From Laetmonice hystrix (Eukaryota): a stretch of 64,000 nucleotides of DNA. The stretch is taken from assembly GCA_965235115.1 (NCBI GenBank), contig OZ249436.1:55492001-55556000 (forward strand). The letters are read 5' to 3'. The notes under the pieces are model-generated. The model was not told the DNA's origin and did no database searches. It was given only the letters and a program-made list of their open reading frames with translations. Both the position numbers and the translations under genes were made by a program. The first letter of the stretch is position 1, and the number at the start of each line of letters is the position of its first letter. Shown here piece by piece: positions 53,144 to 64,000 of the stretch.

Positions 53144-53860
53144 CATGTTGACAGCTATGTGAACATGACATAATTGATGATCAGGCCATGGAAACCTCTG
53201 ACCGCGAGCATTCTTCGGGCACCGCGCGGCTCCTCTCCCGGCACCTCTCCCGGCACGTCCCGGCTGCTCTCGAGACACCTCTCCCGGCTCTTCTCCCGAC
53301 ACCTCTCCCGAAACTTCTCTCGGCAACTTAGTTTTAAGGGGGGGGGGGGGTAAACTAGTAAACGAAACCCCTGATTGTTTCCTCAATTTACCAGCAGTAT
53401 GGTGTAGTTCGACAAGGTTTAGTGACATAACAAGATGATATAATGAAAAAGGGTGGGGTCTTCGATTTTGGGTCTCTATAGGTCTTCGTTGTATAGGTAC
53501 CAATCAGCACCCTATATAGCCCTAATAATATTTTATCCGGCAAACAGTCTGTTCTTTGCAGAAAAAGAAAGTTCAGTTGATCTATAGTTGCAAAAGTACA
53601 GCAAACCCAATAGATGTGTGAATCATCACGCAGGTTACAAACTGACGAAGAAAACATTCAAGAAAACATAGTCCATACATTAGACTGATCTTCGTACGTA
53701 CGTATGCCAAGGACTAATGACTGAATATATAATTTTCTGGTGGGAACTAACCGGCTGATTCATTTCGGAAATGGCAATTCTAGGTCAGACAGAGGCTGTC
53801 ACTGCAACCTGACCCACCACGATCGGACCGTCACGGTAAATTTGGTGCCAGAACTTATAA

Positions 53861-54253
53861 GGCCAAAAAAATAAAATTCCCGGTTTCTGGTCCGAAGAAC
53901 ATTTCAAAAGTGGTGCGGTGACGCGTTTTTTTTGTTTTTTTTGTTTTTTGTTAAAGATTTTTTTGGGGGTGAGAGCTGGCTACAATGGTAAGCCTCATAC
54001 GATATCATGTAAAATGAACTCATAAACAAGGGCCATGACCTTTGTTGTCATCGCTTTGCATACAACACACTTCCGTTGCAATGTTAATGAAATATCCATT
54101 ACAAAAATGGTTAGTTTCAAGCCTTACCACTAGGTGGAAGCGCAATTCACAGTCATCCAAGGTGAGGGGAAGAAAAAAAAACACTGATGCGCGGCATTTG
54201 AAGTGACGCGCGCGCGGACCAGAAACCGGGATTTTTTTGGGGGGTGGGGGGCC
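53861..54253. mobile_element. PIF/Harbinger-like MITE (GGCC ends, TAA TSD)
   Basis: TAA|GGCCAAAAAA..TCCCGGTTTCTGGTCCG ... CGGACCAGAAACCGGGA..GGCC|TAA. Confidence 0.7.
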
Positions 54254-54794
54254 TAAGGAAGAGATGCTGTCAAATTCTGAATGTCTGTCCCTTGTATGCA
54301 TTTAACTGCAGCACACAACGTTGTTAAGTTAACGAGTTTCACACATGTTGGTACCAGTGCAACACTTCCATCCTGTTTGCTGGGTCATAGTTAATAATAT
54401 TGCTCAAATCAATGGAAAAATAGTGGAAACCCACCCTGAGCATGACATGTCATAATATTTATTGATTTATGACAATGCCCAGCTTTTGATTTCATGAGCA
54501 AGTATCTTAAAAATATAGAATATAATGAAGGAGATCTCTGATAATGACAGGACCATAAGAAGTGTGGATGCAGACTGGGTCAGTCACGAGTGAGTCGGGA
54601 AGAGGGTGCCAATACTGTGGCCAGACAAGTGCATGCATGGTAACTGATGGTCTATACTAGGTCAGTCGGTTACCTCCCCGCCCAGCCTCCCTCCATCCCT
54701 CCGTTCTGATTCGTTCCACTCAATTAGAATGCGATAAAGATTCTGTGAACTACGACACCCTAAGCAATGAACTGCAGATTGGATATGCAAGAGT

Positions 54795-55120
54795 AAGTTT
54801 CTGTATTTAATACAAAAACTTTCTGTATTAAATACAAAAACTTTTTGTATTAAATACAAAAACTTTTTGTATTAAATACAAAAACTTTCTGTATTAAATA
54901 CAAAAACTTTCTGTATTAAATACAAAAACTTTCTGTATTAAATACAAAAACTTTCTGTATTAAATACAAAAACTTTCTGTATTAAATACAAAAAGTTTTT
55001 GTATTAAATACAAAAAGTTTTTGTATTTAATACAGAAAGTTTTGGTATATATACGAAAACTTTTTGTATTAAATACAAAAAGTTTTTGTATTAAATACAA
55101 GAAGTTTTTGTATTTAATAC
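54795..55120. repeat. 22-bp near-palindromic array in the right TIR
   Basis: Direct reading. Confidence 0.92.
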
Positions 55121-57000
55121 ACGCACACACACAAGTTTGTGTGTGGGTGTGTACTGAGCTGTTTATTGCCCTACACCCACACATATATTTATGTGTGTGT
55201 GTATGTCACCACCAGACCATGGTACTGTGGAGACCCTGACACGCCCCACCATAGGAAATGGCTCTATCTCGGTGCGCACCGAGATAGGTTTCAAATGCTG
55301 CACACAAACTAATAGAAGGTTTATCAGGCCAATGGTATCGGTAGGAATTTTTTCTAGTACTATGTGCACAATGTATGATAGGAGAAATGCCATTCTGTGC
55401 GAGACGAATAGCACCTTTAATTTTCCACAGTAAAGACTCGAAGGATACGTTATAGTTTAAGAATAAAATTACAATCAATTTGCTCTTTGGCATGAAATTG
55501 GAGGGAAAATTAATGCTACAGTAATAAGGCCGGTGCCGAAGATTCTCAAAGCGGGAGGTGCCATGTTACACTGCTTTTTGCTTTCACACGTGGAAAGTGT
55601 CATCTTCCTCTTAATTCTAGTTATTTGTACTCAATAAACCTTAATTGGGACGTCTATAAATAGTCTTAATTATAAAATTAAGATGTAGGTACCCTATATA
55701 TTAGGACCGAGAAACGGTTAAAGGTTGTACTTAGGTCCAAGATGATGTGCTAAAAAAGTGATGTATGTATAAGGAATCAGCAAACGGTGAATAAATAACT
55801 TGCCAACCCCAACCACAAATGACATCGGGTGCAGGTTCATATGTCTGACGCCAGAGGGAACCACTGGTTAAGTCCAGTACAGAGGTGTTTTTGACGCTTC
55901 AGGCACACTGTTCACCAAATGAGACCAAGAGAGGCGCCCCTGTGTACATGATATCTAATACAAAAACGTGGTCCATAAAGCACTGTAACACTGTGTATCA
56001 TGGACTATTTCAAAGATTCCATTACAAAACTGATGAACACGACGAATAATACATACAAATGCCCATTTCTATTGCAACTCGTGCATGGACATCAGAAGCC
56101 ATTTTCGACTTTAGCTTTTTAAATATGTTTTAACCCTCACTTGTCAATTGCGTGTTAACGTTTCTCAGTATTGTCATTTTAGTACAATGCAGCCAGTATA
56201 CGCACACAACGCAGCATCATTTCCTGTATCACCGACACAGCTGAATCGAACTCTATAATTATTATCAAGACCTTTCCTACTGCAGTATCTTTTGTAACCA
56301 ATGACTGAAGCCCACAAGTAATGTTTACGGTTCAGCAGGATTCCCATAACCAGCATTATACACTCTGTTATCGAGTTATCCTCCACAATTTCACATGACA
56401 ACTCTCTCAAACAGATGCACTCAGTTTAGTCCTAAGTAATTTAAATTTAGACGGCGCTTTCTAAAACAGTGACAAGATCTTTCTTTGTTTCCCAAACGTT
56501 CCATGAGCAAAATGTTTCTCTGGCTCAGAGTGGGGTAAATAAATCCCGCCATACAAATTCAAGGATCATGGATGCGCCGAGGCTCTGGACCACAACGCTG
56601 TTCTTTCCACCCCAAGGCTCAGTTAAATTTCCGTCACAACATCAGGAATCGTGCCTTGACTACATGTTCACAATTATTCTGGTTCAATTAGGGGGTCGTG
56701 AGATTTCTTGGCAGTGTCAGCCATAACACGATTATTCTCCTGCTCGAGTCCACAGACAAGAGCCGCCTAGGTTGGCTGCATGGTGGCGGCAATGGCGGTG
56801 TGAAAAACGACTCCTGGCTGTGGGAGCTGCAGGCTGACCATTGAACGGAACAATAAAGAACTTGTTAGCTGTGTAGCTACACCATGGCACGTTCAGTAGG
56901 TATTATAGGCAGATACGGTTTTCAGAGGAAGGGGGTGGGGTGAGAGGGCTACGTTGTCCGGACCACCTATATTTTTCTTTCTTTACCCCTGATGGAATCC

Positions 57001-57205
57001 CCTGTTTATCATATTGTTTTACGTAGTTCCATTTTTACAATCAGTTTATCCTGTTTTATCATATTGTTTTACGTAGTTCCGTTTTTACAATCAGTTTATC
57101 CTGTTTTATCATATTGTTTTACGTAGTTCCGTTTTTACAATCAGTTTATCCTGTTTTATCATATTGTTTTACGTAGTTCCGTTTTTACAATCAGTTTATC
57201 CTGTT
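57001..57205. repeat. 50-bp tandem repeat, 4 copies
   Basis: ATATTGTTTT recurs at 57011, 57061, 57111 and 57161. Confidence 0.93.
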
Positions 57206-58629
57206 GAACACCCACTAATTATTTTACCAAACGTCTTTCAGGAGATGCACAGAAAGTGAAATGTAAAGAGGATTCAAGTTGGTTAGATCTTCGGATTATC
57301 TGACGCAGGCTCAGCAACTATTGCAAATTATGGCTACTCTGAGGTGTGCTTCTGTTATACAAGAATATAGATACAGTCCACGGATGTATAGAAATAATGG
57401 ACATACTGCGACTGATGAAGGTAACAGTGGAAACCTTTCAGTAGTTTCAGTAGATTGCCCCATCCATTACTGTCCAAATATCGTCATTAACACTGCTGAA
57501 GACCAGACACCGACTACACACAGGACGCCGTCCTGGCTGACCGGAAGCTGGAACCTGCAGGTTCTCAGCTGTACGACGGCCGCCCAAGGCCAGGTTTGGC
57601 TGCACACTAATTAGATAAGGCTGTACGTATAGAACTCACCAAATGTTAACCTTTAGAATACGAAATGAACGCGTTTAATCAAGGCTGATTCTCAGTGTCT
57701 CCCGCCGGGGAGGATTCAATAATGTTATATTAATTCACTGTGTATTCATCCACGTTGATCTGGTTGTCATGATTGTGTTGGATTCCATTACGACGAGTGC
57801 ATGTAATTCCCATCTAAGCAATGTAAACAAAAGGGATGAGTGGGGGTACTGTTACCGGGAGCTAGAGATGAAATGAAGAGAACAGAAAAGGGGTCTGTCT
57901 TCACCGATTACTTTTATCAAGGCAATTTCACCTTTTTTTAAAGACAGTAAACAAAGACAGTACGTGTTCATCGAACAAGGAGACCTACCGACTAACACGC
58001 CGCCTGGCGACCCAGGAAATTGTTCCACCATTGGCGAAATAAATGCTATCCATGAGTAACATAACTAATATGACACTGTTGATTAGATAACTTCCGTCCA
58101 CTGTGCCCTTGAGGTCAAGTGGTCTAAATATGACGGAATTATACACGCCTAAGTGACGACAGGCGAAAATGGCCCCTCGGATGGCTGGACACACTTGGCC
58201 TTATCGCTTAAGCTCCGATAATCTCTTGTGCAATTCTGGCTTGTGGAAAAAACTGCATAATTCATGAGAGGATATACACACACACCGCTGCGAATATATG
58301 GTGATGAGTTTTACATGATGATCAGGGTGGCGTCTTTCGCTGAAAGTCACCCCATCGGGGGCAAAAACATCCCGGTTCACCCTAGACGTCGGTGGTTTTA
58401 TTTATTTTTTTTGAGGGGGAAGAGAGGATATTCTTTTTTTCCGTACTACCATGTGAAGCAGGTAAACATTTCCCATAACTTGCTTCTGTGTACAATTATA
58501 GTAATCTATCTAATCACCTCACCAAGCGTAATAGTGAAGATTATGTTATCTCTATGTATCTGAGATCACAAAGGATAGAGTGATAATAAAAGTTAACTAA
58601 TATTCTCTAATTACACTGAGTCAAATCTA

Positions 58630-58693
58630 ATGGAACTCGCCTGTTATACATTCAGCCTATTCTGGCTTGCTGTGACTTGTGCCTCAGTGAAAG
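58630..58693 (+). CDS. Putative first coding exon (signal peptide MELACYTFSLFWLAVTCASVK) of a downstream secreted/membrane protein gene
   Basis: ATG followed by a hydrophobic core with small residues, and a strong phase-1 donor AAAG|GTAAGC. Same layout as nAChR exon 1. Confidence 0.45.
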
Positions 58694-61600
58694 GTAAGCA
58701 TATCCCTAAAAAACATATTCTTTTTTCTTAGATTAAGAAAAGTTGTTTCTGTTTTTTATATAGAATATATGAAGAAGGCTGCATCTGGAAAGATGAACGA
58801 TAAATACGTTAGCGAAATTTCAATCTGACATTGGTATCAAAGCTATAGTTATTCATGTAATTTTACCTCCCCTTCCCCACCTTTCATGTCAAGGTTCCAG
58901 TTCGGTTCTACACACCTCTTACTTCACTCTTTCGATTTCCAATCCGTCAACTGTTTCACAGTTGCGGCTTAGTATCTGAATATAGATTGGAATCCAATGT
59001 ATCCACAAAGAAAATTATCTATAGGATACGAATGCAACCTCATTGCCTTCTGTGACAAGTCGATAAGCTATTTCTCTTATCACTTTCTATTCATAGAATC
59101 AACAGGCCTCAGTAAACATTAATACCAGTAAAAGAACAATGTTGATTGATGTGGTGCCCCTCCACCTCCCATCGTGTGTCGCATTGTATTTTCACTAACA
59201 CATCTGTAAATACGGATGATGAGCATGTACGTGCGAGGGTGGCCCTGCGTAGGAGGTGGGTGGGGGGGGGGGGAGTTCTGATTTTCTTCGAGAGGGAGGG
59301 GAGGGTTGGTTTCCGTTAAGAATGATCTGACTGATAGGTAACATCCTTAAAAACAGTAACTGTGCTGAAAGAAAATCAACCATTCCCATGGTTACCGCCA
59401 AGTGAATGAGTCTAACTTAAAAACCTGTTACGTTGTAGCGAAATAATTTCGTTCCAAGCATCGGGTATCGAAACTATCTCGGTCAAATGAAATCCCGCTT
59501 TTATTGGATTCCCATCGGCTTTACACATCGGCTGTGCACCAGGGCTGGGACACACTCTCTCCCAACACATACAGATGATATAGATTACATTCTAGAAACC
59601 AAATCAGGGCTGAACATGTTTTATGAAAGGATCTGATACGACAATGTCCAATTCAAGAGGACAAATGTTAATCGGTTCCAAAAGGTCCCAAACGTGACAA
59701 GAAGCGTATTATATATCGTATCGCCCTCACAACTTGATGTATTAAAGCAAGAGTGAGTTGACGGGTTCTATTGGCCCTGCATGGTGCAAGTTGATTGGTT
59801 GGTTTTCAGCTGTGTACAGGTTCCACATCCGGTTCTCTAGTAGCATTACGAGCCCAAACACCACTTCTACAGCATCACAATATCAATGCTCTATACGTTT
59901 GCCGCCATTAAATGACCACTCTTTGAATGCAGTTATGTATAATACCGTCATCTGATGAATGAAAAACGCGCCCAACTATTTAATCAACTTACATTTTAAC
60001 TCGATTTTATAAACCAAAGATAACTGAAGCCGCTCAGAGACTGGTTGAAATTGTGCCGACAGGGCGTAAAGCACCTCATTCACTAATTCTCACCTACATA
60101 AGACGTTCTTTCCGGCAATGGTGAGGTGATCAGATAGAAAGCTTCTATACTGAATTCCAATGCTCGATTCTTATTTTGATTAATGCTGAAGGATCGTTCA
60201 TACCTCGTCGCACAGCCATGCCTTTGATATTTCAATTACGGACCACCAGTAGGCAGGTCAAGTAACTCGCCACATTCGCGCTGCATTAAACACAATAGTC
60301 TGGGAGTCTAGCAACCAGGCCCCGATAATCATCCCTACCCTTGCTGACCCATTGGGACAGTCCTTAAAGTATGATCAATAAACGGCTAGGGATTGGAACT
60401 GGTAACGTGGTGGCATACTGGTGCCAGTTCTCACAGAAAGGTGGCGGGTCAAACGTTGGCACACGTCGTGAGAGGATTGCTCCACAAAGCCGTGAAATAT
60501 CTAGCAGTTTCTACCACTTTCTGTCGGTGATAAGAAACAGACAAACACCACTATAGTTGGCCTAAGGATCGGGTGTCCCTAAATATGATCAAGAGGCATA
60601 TATAGTCGAATAAATTATTCTGTGGCGGAGGTATATAATATAGGTCATGGCGTCAGAGGATATACATTTTAAAGGTATACCATTCTCAATAGCTTGGGAA
60701 GTTAGGTTTCTGTAAAGTTATCATTATAGCCTCTTTTGTTGGTCTTGACCGGGCAAGCCCGCCCTGCAAACAGACGAATTCTCAAGGGTTCTCGGCTCCA
60801 AGCGAGACAGGAAGTGTTGACCGTGATTATAGGTCACGGACAAGGACCAGTCGGGTTCTGCAATCTATCAAGTTGGCAGGAAGGGGAACACACAAAGGCG
60901 GACATTACATGCGCAAACGCATGCGCAACTGTGTCCAGACACCGTCAACCTCGGTGGCCTTTGAACACGGTGCCGCGACTGGGCGGCGAGGTGGTAGTTG
61001 GTCTGTTTGATGGATAGGTGTATAAATCCCCTGACAAACATCAGTAGCCTCTCCCCCCTCCTCCACCCCTGGAAATCCCCATCCCTCTTCAACCCCCCCC
61101 CCCGCCCATCGAGAGGGTTGATATTGTCGCCATCTGTGTCGTGATGGCGGAGAGAAGGTGGGCGTCGATAGATGACTTGGAATTAAGATAAGATCAGCGG
61201 CAGAGCGACGGTCATGATTAGAAAGTGCTTGCTCTGCTCAGACTGGAAGTGCTCTACGGATCCGTACTCTACAAATACGAACTGCATTGGCTTTTGCATA
61301 TACGTACATGTACGTCTTCAATTTATTTGACAACCATTGAGCTACGGCGAGGTTAATGAAAAACCCTGAAGTGTATATATAATCTTTTGATAGAATAAGA
61401 TGGAAGCCACTGAAGCCATAATAATGACTTCATCCGTGTAATGTTTTCCTGGCTTCATGGAAAACATTTGTTCTGTGCGCACTTCATGTACCGAAGCAAT
61501 ACAACGACATGTAAGTAACGTCGAATAAAAAGCTGAAAACTAGGAAAAGAGATTTCGCTCTCATAATTATTAGCTTATAGGTCACTTGATCATAAATATA

Positions 61601-63496
61601 AAGCAATCCAATTACTTCTGGGTTTGACCTGGGAACTAGTCACGTGCCTTCACTGTAAATAATTATTTAAAAAAATCTTATATAGTAATTTCTTTCTTCT
61701 TTTTTTATCTCTTGATTTGTTTATGAAGGATGCATGAGACTAGATATTACATGATTACGATGAAGCAATATGAGACATGAAATTACATTTGAAAACATTT
61801 AAATCACAGTCAAGCGCAACTATTCATTAATACTGCCGAGAGATTAATGATTCCGGGATTATCCCGTGAATAACAAGACTGTATACCAGGCGGGTTGTTA
61901 GTCTGCTGACATCTTTTTTGGGCAAGCGGATTACTAATCGATGTTTGGATGATAAAACATCATCGGGATTGAGACAATTGACTCGACAATCACTGCACAG
62001 TTTGGTATTCGTGCTTGTATTCGGTCTTTAACTTCATTTACAATTATTAGGTTCGTAAGACTGGTTTGGTGACTGAACACACGTCAGATTGTGTGACCTC
62101 CAGTGCCAAAGAGCGTCTGTTGGAAGCAGCAACTAGTAATCTTGTTACCGGCGACTTTTTATTATCACATAGATCGTCCACAGCGTCCATGGATTGAAGA
62201 TGTTTAAACTGCGAACAATTTCAATAGCCTAAAATTGGTTGTGCGACTGTAATATGCTGTGACATGATTACAAAGGATTTATCTGCGTCTTTTGCTCTTA
62301 ACTTGCTATGTCATGATAAATAGTGATGTTTACCTGAAATATTGGCACTGGCTGCTCTGACGGGCGTATACAGTATGCCGAAGTTTATCAATAGTTCAAT
62401 AGGTGGCGCTCTAATCGATTTCCAAAGCCACCTCTGCCTATGCCCACACACACCAACCAATGTTGTAGATCCTTTATGATGAGTTAGTAAATACTATTGA
62501 AGTATTCGATGACACTTGTTAAAGCCATCCGTATGCCATATTGATGGTCGGACACCTTTCGATAGGTTTGGATTCGTGTTCAAGTTTGCACCAGTACGTC
62601 TGTTGAATATAATATATCAAGTTTTTGTAGCAGATGTATGTAAAATACCAGCAAACATGGGGGCAATTCCGGACAGACAACAACAGCGTTGATGCTGATT
62701 TTATCGGCAAGGTTCCAGCCCAAGCACTCGTCAGTGCCATGCATAAATAATAGTTCGTCCGAACGGGGGTCCCCGCGTGCATTGTGCACTGGGTCATCCG
62801 AAGATCTGTCTTAAAGGCAATTGATTTATTAAGATATGACAAAAAATAGAATAATTGTGATAATGGAAATAGCTGAAGTCAGCATCTCATGCAGCGAGAG
62901 AATGCAATCCGTGTCTAAATGCTGATGGCTGGACACTTCTGCCGTGGCGAGTTCACACGAGAAAACATGGGCCACCGTCATCTCAGATTGGGCCACGTCA
63001 CGTCCGGCCGCAGCGCGTCCATGCACTCACAGGAGACGCCAGACTTCTTCCTCATGGAGCGGTCATCTACTCACCTGTGCAGGTAACGTTAGAGCAATCA
63101 GGCGGAGTTCTAAAGGCATCGACGTCCTCCTGCGAGATCACGTTTTTACGAACCGCGGCCCTGGGCGGTGGATTTTCACCATCAAGTTTTTGGCACTTGA
63201 AAGAGCCGTTGAATATGCGTTCGACTGACGGTCGCATTAGCCTTATCGGAGGAAGTTCGATTGACGGGTAAACATTTGCAATCTGTAATTTAGCCGCGGG
63301 TTTTGCTGACAAGATGCTGTGTTTGTGGTGTGATGTGTGCAACGTCAGCTGCTGCACCGACCGCGGTTGGAACTGTGATGAGGTGGGAGGAGGACTGTGA
63401 GTGAGGTGGCGACGGGTTGCGGCTGTTACTCACGGAGGGCGGGTACCCATCACACGGGACGGACCGGCCTCGGAGACCGGCGGCACTCAAGTCGCC

Positions 63497-63575
63497 ATGT
63501 GCCCGCGGTGGGGATTCGTACCAGTAGTCCTCCTACTGTACCTCTTCCTGAGGACGTCAAACACGAAGACCAGCG
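63497..63575 (+). CDS. Putative first coding exon (signal peptide MCPRWGFVPVVLLLYLFLRTSNTKTS) of the next gene; continues beyond the window
   Basis: gccATG Kozak context, n-region plus Leu-rich h-region, consensus donor G|GTAAGT in phase 1, CpG-rich upstream region (~62940-63496). Confidence 0.6.
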
Positions 63576-64000
63576 GTAAGTCAATGAGTTTTAATTAGGC
63601 TAATGCGATCGGACTTGTGACATCATCATTGTTGTGTGTATTGCTTCATTCAGGGGCGATGAGTGATTCAATGCGTGATAGCCACACGTAAATCGCCGCA
63701 CGTGACTTTCCATCTACAGTGTACGGTGCATAGAAAGATAAATGGTAGTACGTAGGGCTGAATACAAAGCTATGACGTGACGTTGATCCTTTCAGGATTT
63801 AGGAGACACCGAATAATATTATTGTCTGTTGGATAGGCCTACTGATTCGCAAACGGGCCGATCTACTTGCGTATACACTGGAACCAAATGTATAACTACC
63901 CTAGTTTAAACTGTCGCACGTCGTTCTGGTATAATAATACACACCAACATTCAGAATTGAACATCGATTGTGTTTAAATAGGCCGACTATTCGTGCATGC

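Larger units (their letters stand above)
45705..55224. mobile_element. 9.5-kb non-autonomous DNA transposon with ~500-bp TIRs, TAC...GTA termini and 6-bp TSD CTGTGG (IS3EU-like)
   Basis: CTGTGG|TACCATGGTCTGGTGGTGACATACACACAC... and ...GTGTGTGTATGTCACCACCAGACCATGGTA|CTGTGG. Both TIRs contain arrays of a 22-bp near-palindromic unit. Confidence 0.8.

Overview
Eukaryotic (invertebrate-like, probably lophotrochozoan or echinoderm; this is an inference) genomic DNA that is rich in repeats and poor in genes. It holds one complete intron-containing gene on the + strand: a nicotinic acetylcholine receptor alpha subunit (Cys-loop ligand-gated cation channel, alpha9/alpha10-like architecture). I reconstructed 6 coding exons by hand (14666-14753, 35354-35514, 36614-36658, 37381-37490, 37798-38333, 39267-39925; 1599 nt, 532 aa), with a ~20.6 kb first intron. 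Near the right end are two separate signal-peptide exons with phase-1 donors (58630-58693 and 63497-63575), probably first exon(s) of the next gene, possibly a tandem paralogue. The rest is non-autonomous DNA transposons and mini/microsatellites. Almost all ORFs in the supplied track are spurious. The most notable structures are: (i) a 9.5-kb element (45705-55224) with ~500-bp inverted termini TAC...GTA and a perfect 6-bp target-site duplication (IS3EU-like), carrying nested cargo; (ii) strong enrichment of TAGGCCTA, with two places where the sequence itself shows TA converted to TAGGCCTA (transposon-excision footprints); (iii) a minisatellite made of copies of the receptor's own last splice acceptor; (iv) a nest of TTAA-targeting Kolobok-like elements.
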